From an uncultured Spirochaetales bacterium (GTDB lineage Bacteria > Spirochaetota > Spirochaetia > Treponematales > Breznakiellaceae), in contig CAZBJJ010000005.1 in the NCBI GenBank assembly GCA_964492245.1, forward strand, positions 7,862 through 71,861: a stretch of 64,000 nucleotides of DNA, given 5' to 3'. The translations under genes were made by a program, and so were the position numbers. Within the stretch, counting starts at the first letter, position 1. The number at the start of each line of letters is the position of its first letter. Below, in pieces: positions 53,446-62,235 of this stretch. The notes below the pieces were generated by a model, which was given only the letters and a program-made list of their open reading frames with translations, was not told where the DNA came from and searched no databases.

Positions 53446-54447
53446 ATGTCCTTAGCGCATTTGCTGCGACCCATACACATTGCCCGCCTGAAAACGGCGG
53501 GCAATTTATTTCTGGCACCGGTTGCCGGTTACTCCGACCGAGCCTTTCGCAGCCTTTGCGTAGAAGAAGGGGCAAGCCTTACCTGTACCGAACTTATTTC
53601 TGCCGAGGCCTTGGTGCGCGATTCCAAAAAAACGGCGGCAATGCTCGGGCGGGCGGATAACGAGAAGGTCTATGCAATACAGTTGTTTGGCAACAATAGC
53701 CAGCAATTATACCGCGCAAGCTGTCTTTTGGCCGACTACGAGCCAGATGTACTGGACCTGAACTGTGGCTGTCCTGTGCCCAAGGTGGTTAAAACGGGGG
53801 CTGGCTCCGCACTTTTAAAGGATCTGCCGCGTCTGGGGAGCATTGTCGAGGCAATGGTGCGGGCCTCGCAGGAAAAACTGGGAAATATACCGGTTACGGT
53901 TAAAATACGGGCTGGCTGGGACGAAAGCTCGATAAATTTTTTAGAGGCTGCCCGCGTAATAAAAGAGAGCGGCGCGGCCCTTATAGGCTTTCATGCGCGC
54001 ACTCGGGCCCAGGGCTACACTGGCCTTGCCAAGCATCAGTGGACGGGCGAATTGGTTGCCAGTAGCGATTTGCCCATTGTGGCCTCGGGCGATGTCTTTA
54101 GCCCCGAGGCCGCTGCCAATATACTTTCTACAAGCTCCTGTGCAGGTGTTATGTTTGCCCGAGGGGCAATGGGCAACCCATTTATTTTTCGGGAAACAAT
54201 TGATTATTTGACCAAGGGAAGCTGGACTGCTGTAAGTGCCCCGACGCGCCTTGCGGCCGGCTTTGGCCAATTGAAGCTTTTAGCCCAGGATGTGGGCGAA
54301 GAACATGCCTGCCGCGAAATGCGCAAACATTTTTGTGCCTATACGAGGGGTTTGGCCGGAGGGGCTGCCCTGCGCAATGCATTGGTGCGTGCCAACACAA
54401 TAGAAGAATATAAGCTTTTGCTTGCCCCGTTTTGTACCGATATTTAA
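53446..54447 (+). CDS. tRNA-dihydrouridine synthase
   Basis: LAPVAGYSDRAFR, DLNCGCPVPKV, and VASGDV... FMN-binding TIM-barrel blocks. Confidence 0.85.
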   Translation: MSLAHLLRPIHIARLKTAGNLFLAPVAGYSDRAFRSLCVEEGASLTCTELISAEALVRDSKKTAAMLGRADNEKVYAIQLFGNNSQQLYRASCLLADYEPDVLDLNCGCPVPKVVKTGAGSALLKDLPRLGSIVEAMVRASQEKLGNIPVTVKIRAGWDESSINFLEAARVIKESGAALIGFHARTRAQGYTGLAKHQWTGELVASSDLPIVASGDVFSPEAAANILSTSSCAGVMFARGAMGNPFIFRETIDYLTKGSWTAVSAPTRLAAGFGQLKLLAQDVGEEHACREMRKHFCAYTRGLAGGAALRNALVRANTIEEYKLLLAPFCTDI

Positions 54448-54515
54448 GAGTGTATGCTTGAAAAATATTGATTTTTCGATGCTAAGTACTTGCTAGTAGG
54501 TGGTTTTAAGCTTAA

Positions 54516-56111
54516 ATGAATATTATCAATCGAATTGGAGATTTTTTCTTAGATTTATTTTCGCCGGAAAAGGAACGGCGAAAAAAGCGTGAACTGCGAC
54601 AAATTCGTCAGACAATTAAAGAATTTAAACCCAATGTTTATAAGCCAGTGAGCAAGATGGTCCAGCCGGCCTTTGCGAATGCACTTTATAATTTTACTCT
54701 TTTAATCAAACCCTTGCAGGATGTCTTCGAAAACAGCCTTTTAGCCAGTGATTCACGCATTGCCCGCCGGCATTGGGACTGGCTACTGGAAAGTCGTTTA
54801 AGCGACAAGGTTTTTCGTCTGGTCGAAGGCCTATACTACGAAAACCTTTTGCAGCGTTTTTCGCTAGAGCCCGATCGCAAGGCTCTTACTGCGCGGGTCA
54901 GAGCCGAAGGCAGTACCGTATTAAAGGCCCTCGATGGGCCAGAAATGCGGATGGCCGATGGCGATTTAATGGAGCTTGAACGCATTGTAGATATTTGTCG
55001 ATACGATTATATCCGGATTCTCCGCCATTTTACGCCGAAGGATGGCGGCAAGACCCGCGAGGGGAGGGTTAAATATCAAGCTGCCAATGCCGAACCCTTA
55101 GCAGCCGAGCTCGCCGACCTGTATTCGGTATTTGTGGGTGCCAGAATGACTGCAGCAGTTCAAGAGGATGTCCTTCGTCTTGCAAGCCGGCAGGGCAGCC
55201 AGGCAATATCGGCAATGGAAAAACGATTGACAAAGCTGGCAAACCAGATGAACCATTTTTTGGATAGCATTTTTTCAGAAAAGCTCCTTGTGCCCCTTGT
55301 GCAGCTTATAAAAGAGGATAGTAGCTATATGCCTCCGCCCCCGGTCCAGCCTGCGGCGCGGCTTTCAGTTTACCGCGAAACCTTAGTTAGACGTTTTAAG
55401 GACGATATTGATAGAATTCAGCGGGAGCTGCAGGAAACAGCTCTAAGTGCGGATATTGCAAAGCTCTTTGGCAGTTCGCCGAAGGGGGGCCTGCTCTCGG
55501 CTATTTCATACAACGACGATTTAAACTCTCGCCTGCAGACCGAGGCAGCCCTTTCGCTGCGCTATGTTATGCCTTTTCGATTGCTCAAGACCTTTGATCG
55601 GCGTTTTATTACCCGTGAATATATAGAGGCCTGTAAGCGAGTGGTGGTCGAAGGTTTTTTTAACAATACCCTTTTCAGGTCTCGGATGACCGATGCCATT
55701 GGAAAAATTGAGAAAACTCAGACAAGGATATCCATTTTCGAAGAGGCATCGGCAACCAAGGGCCGGGTAAACACCGCCTCCTTGCGCAGGGCCCTGGACG
55801 AAATGGGGAAAGGAAAACTGAAGGTTGAGTCGGTGGAGCGCATCGCCACCAGCTTGGACCAAGGCGCCCGCGAGCTTGTTGAACAGGAGGTTTTAACGCT
55901 GCGGGAATTGGCGGAATTTGTCCACGATGTTATATCGGATTTTAAAAAACCCACGCCAGACCTTGTGGTAAATATAAAGACCCTGGCAAATTCCAAGGAG
56001 AAGCAACTCATTCCCACAATGCTCAATGGCTACAATGCCACCGCACAGTTTTTAAAAATTATGAAGGCTTTTATGATTGTGAGCCCAATAAAAGATGAAC
56101 ATTCGGTATAA
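54516..56111 (+). CDS. Hypothetical cytoplasmic protein, 531 aa, predicted mostly helical
   Basis: Long uninterrupted ORF with no TM segment or signal peptide. I recognise no motif. It is followed 75 nt later by the GGDEF gene. Confidence 0.55.
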   Translation: MNIINRIGDFFLDLFSPEKERRKKRELRQIRQTIKEFKPNVYKPVSKMVQPAFANALYNFTLLIKPLQDVFENSLLASDSRIARRHWDWLLESRLSDKVFRLVEGLYYENLLQRFSLEPDRKALTARVRAEGSTVLKALDGPEMRMADGDLMELERIVDICRYDYIRILRHFTPKDGGKTREGRVKYQAANAEPLAAELADLYSVFVGARMTAAVQEDVLRLASRQGSQAISAMEKRLTKLANQMNHFLDSIFSEKLLVPLVQLIKEDSSYMPPPPVQPAARLSVYRETLVRRFKDDIDRIQRELQETALSADIAKLFGSSPKGGLLSAISYNDDLNSRLQTEAALSLRYVMPFRLLKTFDRRFITREYIEACKRVVVEGFFNNTLFRSRMTDAIGKIEKTQTRISIFEEASATKGRVNTASLRRALDEMGKGKLKVESVERIATSLDQGARELVEQEVLTLRELAEFVHDVISDFKKPTPDLVVNIKTLANSKEKQLIPTMLNGYNATAQFLKIMKAFMIVSPIKDEHSV

Positions 56112-56186
56112 AGGGGGTAGATTTTTCCTCTAATTGCTTGTTTTTGCGTTTATACTGTATTAGAATTGAGGAAAGAGAATATAAAT

Positions 56187-57290
56187 ATGACAAATTTCGA
56201 CGATCAGTTTATCAGCCCCGACCAGAATGTATCTACAGAGATAGATGAATATGAAAAGCAGATATTCGACTTAAAGCAATTATTGGAAATTTCGAAGAGC
56301 CTCAATTCGACCCTCGACTATAATATTTTAATTGATTCAATTCTCTATACCTGCATGGCCCAGATTAAGGTGCTTAAGGCCGGCCTTTTGGCAAAAAAAG
56401 GCTTGGATTCCAATTGTTTTAGCCTGCACCGCAATTTTAAGGGCTTTGAAATTGATAACGCCAGCGAAATGGCGCTCTCCGAAGACCACGAGCTCATTCG
56501 CCTTTTTACTAAAAATTATCGCTGTTACACGCTTAAAGAAATAGAAGAAGAGCTGGACTGTACCGAGGGGCTGGAGGCCCTGTACGAATTAAATCCCTCG
56601 CTTATTATCCCCCTAAAGGCCAAGGGAGTTATAAACGGCATCATTCTTTTGGCAGACCGCATAGACGACAGCGACTTTGAAAACTACGAGCGGGAATTAA
56701 TTTTAAACATTGCCACCCTAGCCTCAATTGCTATTAACAATGCCTTCCTCTTCGAAATGACTACCACCGACATGATGACGAAGCTAAAAATGAAGCATTA
56801 TTTTTATACGGTGCTTTTAGAGAGAATGCAGATTGCGCGAGAGCGCAATACCTGTATTTCGATTATCATGCTGGACATCGATTTTTTTAAAAAGTTTAAC
56901 GACACCTGGGGGCATTCCTGTGGCGATGCCGTTCTTAAAGATGTGGCCCAAAGCATTGCCTCCTGTGTGCGCAGTGTGGATGTTGCCGCCCGCTATGGGG
57001 GCGAGGAATTCTGTATTTTACTTGAAGAGACCGATTTAGACGAGGCAATTGAGGTGGCAGAGCGGGTACGCCAGACCATTGAGCAGTCGGTTACCGTCTA
57101 CGATGGGGAAAGCTTAAAGGTTACCGTCTCCTGCGGCGTGGCCATGTACGACATCGACCGCGACCTTTCGGCGAAATCTATAATTGACCGTGCCGACAGA
57201 GCCCTGTATAAATCGAAACAGGAGGGCAGAAACAGAGTTACTGCCGATATTTTTGATGGCGAAGAAGGCGGGGCGAGCTACGACTCTTGA
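56187..57290 (+). CDS. Diguanylate cyclase (GAF-like N-terminal domain plus GGDEF)
   Basis: Active site RYGGEEF with an RSVD I-site five residues upstream. DIDFFKKFNDTWGH. The start is taken at MTNFDD. Confidence 0.85.
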   Translation: MTNFDDQFISPDQNVSTEIDEYEKQIFDLKQLLEISKSLNSTLDYNILIDSILYTCMAQIKVLKAGLLAKKGLDSNCFSLHRNFKGFEIDNASEMALSEDHELIRLFTKNYRCYTLKEIEEELDCTEGLEALYELNPSLIIPLKAKGVINGIILLADRIDDSDFENYERELILNIATLASIAINNAFLFEMTTTDMMTKLKMKHYFYTVLLERMQIARERNTCISIIMLDIDFFKKFNDTWGHSCGDAVLKDVAQSIASCVRSVDVAARYGGEEFCILLEETDLDEAIEVAERVRQTIEQSVTVYDGESLKVTVSCGVAMYDIDRDLSAKSIIDRADRALYKSKQEGRNRVTADIFDGEEGGASYDS

Positions 57291-57321
57291 CCGCCCTTGT
57301 GCTATTGCCTACCTTTAAGCT

Positions 57322-57972
57322 ATGAAATTTCTTCGAAAGCCCTTTGTCTACACATACAATAATGTCGTCCTTTATATAATTGGGATTAACATTCTGTTTT
57401 TTATTGCCCAAAATATTTTGGACCGGCCCCCCTTTAATCCTTGGTTTACCTGGGCCCTCGCTTTAAACGTGAACGATGTCCTGCAACGGGGGCAGGTCTG
57501 GGCCTTTGTAACCTATATGTTTGCACATGGCGGCTTCCAGCACCTGCTTTTTAATATGATTGGCCTCTTCTTTTTTGGGACAGCAGTGGAGCGGCGCGTG
57601 GGCAGTAGCGAGTTTTTGCTTTTTTATTTTACTACCGGCATTTTGGCAGGGCTAACCTCGTTTTTTGTGTACCTCATTGGCGGTGCAGCCAATGTCCAGC
57701 TTTTGGGGGCATCTGGTGCGGTGTATGCCATTCTTTTGGCCTATGCCGTGTTTTTTCCCGATTCTCGCATCTATATTTGGGGCATTCTCCCCATTCGGGC
57801 CCCCCTTTTAGTGGGTTTTTATATTCTCAGTACCCTTTATTTTTTAATCGGTGGCAGGGGAGGGGGCGTTGCGCATTTGACCCACTTTGCCGGCCTTGTC
57901 TTTGCCTGGATTTGGTTTCCGGTGCGCTATGGCTATAATCCCCTGCATTCCTTTATTGGCAGAGGACGATGA
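57322..57972 (+). CDS. Rhomboid family intramembrane serine protease
   Basis: FAHGGFQHLLFNM and GASGAVYAIL (catalytic Ser), plus HFAGLVF (catalytic His). Six TM segments. Confidence 0.85.
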   Translation: MKFLRKPFVYTYNNVVLYIIGINILFFIAQNILDRPPFNPWFTWALALNVNDVLQRGQVWAFVTYMFAHGGFQHLLFNMIGLFFFGTAVERRVGSSEFLLFYFTTGILAGLTSFFVYLIGGAANVQLLGASGAVYAILLAYAVFFPDSRIYIWGILPIRAPLLVGFYILSTLYFLIGGRGGGVAHLTHFAGLVFAWIWFPVRYGYNPLHSFIGRGR

Positions 57973-58655
57973 TTCGAGGCAGGCCCTACTTGAGGCATGT
58001 TCTTGCTGCTTTTATTTTATGTCTTTATTCAATACCGGGCATCTCCAGCCAGGAAGTTCTGCGGGCCCGGCTTACAGCCTATACCGAGCCGGTATGGATG
58101 GCGGCAATGGGCCTGGCCTATCCGCTTGAGCAGGCCGAATTAATTGAGGCCACAAAACAGGAGGCCTATGCCGTTTTTTCGGCAATAATTTTCGGTTGGG
58201 CCTTTGAGTGGGAGCCAGAATTCCCCAGCCGGGGGCGCAAAGAATTTTTGGCCCTGCGCCCGCTGGGACGGGTTGCCGAAATACCCGAGGCTGTTCAGTT
58301 GATTCAGGCAATTGAAGAAGATGGCCAGATTCATTTTTCACTTGAATATTCATTGAACGAGAACGAGCGTTTAAGCTATGCCGCCTGGTCCGATAGCCGG
58401 TATCGAAGCTTTAATGCCAGGGGGCAGAGTGGGCTATTAGATAGCCCCGAGGCTAAATGGGAGGCGGTGGAGCATGCCGCAGGCCAAGCTATACGCGCCC
58501 TAGCCAAGCGCCTAGAGCGAAACAGGCCGCGCAGGGTACTTGGCAGCATCTCTTTGGCTGGAGGCCCTCGAATATGGATTTCCAGTGGACAGTGGCAGGT
58601 GCAGGCGCGGTTTCGGGTAAAAATAGACGAGATCGAAGGGCAGGCCCTTTGGTAA
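57969..58655 (+). CDS. Hypothetical secreted or membrane-anchored protein, 228 aa
   Basis: ATGA overlap with the rhomboid gene. N-terminal hydrophobic segment HVLAAFILCLYSIPGISS. No family recognised. Confidence 0.5.
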   Translation: MIRGRPYLRHVLAAFILCLYSIPGISSQEVLRARLTAYTEPVWMAAMGLAYPLEQAELIEATKQEAYAVFSAIIFGWAFEWEPEFPSRGRKEFLALRPLGRVAEIPEAVQLIQAIEEDGQIHFSLEYSLNENERLSYAAWSDSRYRSFNARGQSGLLDSPEAKWEAVEHAAGQAIRALAKRLERNRPRRVLGSISLAGGPRIWISSGQWQVQARFRVKIDEIEGQALW

Positions 58656-58755
58656 AGAACACTTCCAAAAGGCCTTTACAGGCAGGCCCATCTTAGGTAT
58701 CAATTATTTAGAATTTTTGCTAACATTTTTAAACAGCCTTAATTTAGGAGAATAT

Positions 58756-60366
58756 ATGGAAGCATCTGCTCTTGCGAAGAACTTGCACCCCTTGGAGGTG
58801 CGCATTTTACGGCAGTACCAACCAGGGCAAGAATTGACAATAGAGGCAGTTGAATTACAGCTGGGGCTTAAAAGTGGAAATGGAAACCAGGCCCTTTCCT
58901 GGCTACAGGCCAAGGGGCTGGTAAGCGAACTGCGTCGAGAGAACTCGGTGAGCTATGAACTAACCGAGATGGGCAGGCTCTGGCGGGATAAGGGCAGCCC
59001 GGACGAACGCATACTGGAGCTCTTAGCCGATGGCCGCGCCCGCGCCCTGCCAGAGATTGCAACAGAATTGGCCATACCGGCAAAAGATGTGGGCTCTGCC
59101 TATGGCGCCCTGGCAAAGGAAGGCCTGCTGTGCATGGACGAAGAAAAAAAAGTTACCCTGGCAGAGGCCACGAAGGACCCAAGCGGGCAAGCTACAACTA
59201 CTAATTTGCGCGCAAATACTAGTTTGCGTATAAAAACAGTGCGCAAACTGCTCGCTGCGGCCGACGCAGAGACAGGCCTGCTCGAAGCCTCTAGCTTAAA
59301 TGCCGAAGAGGGACGGGCAATCGAAGCCATTGCCAAAAAGCGGGGCGCCACCGATAGCCCCTTTCGCATTGTCGAACGAGAAGTTAAGGTTTTTACCCTG
59401 GAGAAGGCCAGCGCCGATATTGCCAAATGGTTGGAAAAAGAGGGTATAAGTGGCGATGAGCTGGGAAATCTAAGCCCGGACATGCTGGCCACTGGCTCTT
59501 GGAAGGGCAAGAGTTTTCGCCCCTACAATGTACAGGTCCCTCCCACCCGTCTTTTTCCCGGGCGTTCAAACCCCTATGTGGCCTTTTTAGAATCGGTAAA
59601 GGACAAGCTTGCCTCCTTGGGCTTCGAGGAATTCGATGGCTCACTGGTGGAGACAGAATTTTGGAACTCCGATGCCCTGTTTATGCCACAGTTTCACAGC
59701 GCACGCGATATTCACGATGTCTATCATCTAGCCGAACCCCAGCTGGCCAAAGAAATTGAAGAGCCCTGGCTTTCCAATATAGCAGCAGCCCACCGCGATG
59801 GGGGAAACACGGGGTCCCGAGGTTGGAACTATGAGTTCGACCATGAATTTACCCGGCGCTTAATTTTACGGAGCCAGGGTACGGTACTGTCGGCCCGTCA
59901 ATTGCACAAGGCCAAGGTGCCCGGCAAATATTTTGGCATTGCCCGCTGTTTTCGCTACGACAAGGTGGATGCAACCCATCTTTCGGACTTCTACCAAACC
60001 GAGGGCATCGTCCTGGGCGAAGATGTAAACCTGCGTACCCTTTTGGGCTTTTTAGAAATGTTTGCTGTAGAGGTCGCTGGCGCGAGCGAGGTAAAATATG
60101 TACCTGGTTATTTTCCCTTTACCGAACCCTCGATAGAGGTGCACATTAAACATCCCGTTTTGGGCTGGTTCGAGTTAGGGGGGTCGGGTATTTTCCGACC
60201 CGAGGTTACTGCCAGCATGGGAGTCGATGTACCGGTTGCCGCCTGGGGCATTGGAATAGACCGCATGGCTCTTATGGCGCTGGGCCTTAACGATTTGCGA
60301 GAGCTTTTTTCAAGTGATATAGAAAACGTCCGTCTTCGACGCAATAAGGATATTGAACATGCCTAA
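58756..60366 (+). CDS. pheS: Phenylalanyl-tRNA synthetase alpha chain, long archaeal/eukaryal-type form
   Basis: TAGGAG sits 5 nt before ATG 58756. The N-terminal region of about 250 aa resembles winged-helix repeats. Class II core FRPYNVQ..., FFDSARD-like (FMPQFHSARD), GIARCFRYD, and GSGIFRPEV...AWGIGIDR. Confidence 0.9.
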   Translation: MEASALAKNLHPLEVRILRQYQPGQELTIEAVELQLGLKSGNGNQALSWLQAKGLVSELRRENSVSYELTEMGRLWRDKGSPDERILELLADGRARALPEIATELAIPAKDVGSAYGALAKEGLLCMDEEKKVTLAEATKDPSGQATTTNLRANTSLRIKTVRKLLAAADAETGLLEASSLNAEEGRAIEAIAKKRGATDSPFRIVEREVKVFTLEKASADIAKWLEKEGISGDELGNLSPDMLATGSWKGKSFRPYNVQVPPTRLFPGRSNPYVAFLESVKDKLASLGFEEFDGSLVETEFWNSDALFMPQFHSARDIHDVYHLAEPQLAKEIEEPWLSNIAAAHRDGGNTGSRGWNYEFDHEFTRRLILRSQGTVLSARQLHKAKVPGKYFGIARCFRYDKVDATHLSDFYQTEGIVLGEDVNLRTLLGFLEMFAVEVAGASEVKYVPGYFPFTEPSIEVHIKHPVLGWFELGGSGIFRPEVTASMGVDVPVAAWGIGIDRMALMALGLNDLRELFSSDIENVRLRRNKDIEHA

Positions 60367-62107
60367 AATAGAAGTACACGAGCAGCTTTTTCAGAGTCTG
60401 GCCGGCAAGAGCTGGAGCAGCAACGAAGAACTGGAATACGATTTAACCTGCGCCAAGGCAGAGCTGGACGAAGGAGCCGACACCAGCCTTCCGGCAGAAG
60501 AGCGTATTTTAAAAATTGAGCTCAACGACACCAACCGGCCAGACCTCTGGTCCACCGCCGGCGTAGCCCGCCAGTTGCGCGTTTGGCGCACAAAAGAGGG
60601 CTCTAAGTGGAACTTTTTTTCTAAAAAAGGCGACACGAAGGAGGGCCTGCGCAAGGTCCTTGTCGAAGATTCGGTGCGCAAGGTGCGCCCTTATTTGGCG
60701 GGCTTTGTGGCCAGTGGCAAGGCCATGACCGACGAAAGCCTTAAAGACTGCATCCAGACCCAAGAAAAGCTGGCCTGGAACTTTGGCCGAAAACGCCGCT
60801 CGGTATCCATGGGCCTGTACCGAATTGCCCGCATTTCCTGGCCGGTTAGCTACAAGGGGGTGGACCCCGAGTCGGTTTCCTTTGTGCCCCTGCAGTGGGA
60901 GAGCCCTTTAAATTTGCGCGAAATATTAAAACAGCACCCCAAGGGCAAAGAGTTCGCCTTTATTCAGGAGCACGAACCGGTGCACCCCCTCTTAGTCGAT
61001 GCCAATGGCGAGGTCCTGTCCTATCCGCCAATTATCAACTCGGCCGACCTCGGGGCGGTAAAGGTGGGCGATACCGATATATTTGTAGAAGTTACTGGCA
61101 GCGATTTAGCCTCGGTGAATGTGAGTGCCTCGATAATGGCCTGCGATTTAGCCGATCAGGGCTATACCATCGAGCCAGTACAGATTGAGTACGAGAGCCC
61201 CACCGAATGGGGAAAAACCTATATAAGCCCCCTGTATTTTCAAGAGGAATGCTTTTGCTCCCTCCAGCGAATACAGCGTTTTTTGGGCCAAGAGCTTAGC
61301 CCTGCCGAAATCGAGGCCGCCCTCTTGCGCATGGACTGTAAGCCAACACTTTGCCAGGGCCGGGAGCGCAATAGCCAGCAGACCTGCGAGGGCGTACTCG
61401 TGGCCCTGCCCCCCTACCGCAACGACTACCTCCATGCTGCCGATATCGTCGAGGATGTTATGATTGGGCATGGGCTGAATAACTTTAAGCCCCTTGCCCC
61501 CAGCGACTTTACCATAGGTCGCCTTAGCCCCTTAACGCTGAGCGGGCGCCGGGCAAAGGAAATTTTAATAGGGCTCGGGTACCAGGAGATGATATACAAT
61601 TACCTTGGCTCGGGAAAAAATTATATCGAAAACATGAATATCGATGGCAAAGAGCTCTTGCGCATTTCCAATCCCATGACCGAAAATTTTGAATATGTGC
61701 GCTCCTCAATCTTGCCCAGCCTTTTGGAATCGGAGGCGGTTTCGGGCAATGCTCCCTTTCCGCACCGTATATTCGAGCTGGGCAAGGTGGCCTATCGGGA
61801 TGATAGCGAAAATTATGGCAGCAAGACACGCCAGCATCTGGGTTTTTTACAGGCCAGTGCCGATGCCAATTATAATAGCATTGCCAGCCAGGTGCAGGCT
61901 TTAATGTACTTTCTTTCGCAGGAATTCAGCCTTCAAGAACTACAGGATCCCCGCTTTATTCCCGGCCGGGCTGCCAGTATTCTGTGGAAGGGCAGGGCAA
62001 TAGGCGTCTTTGGCGAAATTAGCCCAGAGGTTTTAGAAAACTGGGGCCTGGGAATGCCCTGTGTGGCCGCCGAAATAGATGTCGAGGCTTTTTTAGAGAG
62101 CACTTAA
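60359..62107 (+). CDS. pheT: Phenylalanyl-tRNA synthetase beta chain, short archaeal-type form
   Basis: 8-nt overlap with pheS. About 583 aa, compared with about 800 aa for bacterial-type beta. B3/4 and B5-like regions are present. There is no N-terminal OB-fold tRNA-binding domain or C-terminal anticodon-binding domain. Confidence 0.9.
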   Translation: MPKIEVHEQLFQSLAGKSWSSNEELEYDLTCAKAELDEGADTSLPAEERILKIELNDTNRPDLWSTAGVARQLRVWRTKEGSKWNFFSKKGDTKEGLRKVLVEDSVRKVRPYLAGFVASGKAMTDESLKDCIQTQEKLAWNFGRKRRSVSMGLYRIARISWPVSYKGVDPESVSFVPLQWESPLNLREILKQHPKGKEFAFIQEHEPVHPLLVDANGEVLSYPPIINSADLGAVKVGDTDIFVEVTGSDLASVNVSASIMACDLADQGYTIEPVQIEYESPTEWGKTYISPLYFQEECFCSLQRIQRFLGQELSPAEIEAALLRMDCKPTLCQGRERNSQQTCEGVLVALPPYRNDYLHAADIVEDVMIGHGLNNFKPLAPSDFTIGRLSPLTLSGRRAKEILIGLGYQEMIYNYLGSGKNYIENMNIDGKELLRISNPMTENFEYVRSSILPSLLESEAVSGNAPFPHRIFELGKVAYRDDSENYGSKTRQHLGFLQASADANYNSIASQVQALMYFLSQEFSLQELQDPRFIPGRAASILWKGRAIGVFGEISPEVLENWGLGMPCVAAEIDVEAFLEST

Positions 62108-62132
62108 TAAAAAAAGCAAAGAAAAATGATAC

Positions 62133-62189
62133 ATTCGCCCAAATATGTAGAAAAAAATGAGTTTTGCGACAGTTTGGGCGAATTTTTTT
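62133..62189 (+). terminator. Possible pheST terminator: 11-bp stem with an unusually large 29-nt loop, then a T-run
   Basis: ATTCGCCCAAA (62133-62143) pairs with TTTGGGCGAAT (62173-62183), followed by TTTTTTT. Confidence 0.4.
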
Positions 62190-62235
62190 AATTTAGTACT
62201 TCACAGATTGGAATTTCCCCCCTACACTCTTTTTT

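Noticed and set aside
59204-59249. A 14-bp perfect palindrome ATTTGCGCGCAAAT followed by AGTTTGCG-N13-CGCAAACT inside pheS
   Set aside because: A few perfect 14-bp palindromes are expected by chance in 64 kb (roughly 64000/4^7, about 4). It lies in coding sequence with no obvious regulatory context. The clustering of TTTGCG/CGCAAA is mildly odd but not enough to support a feature.
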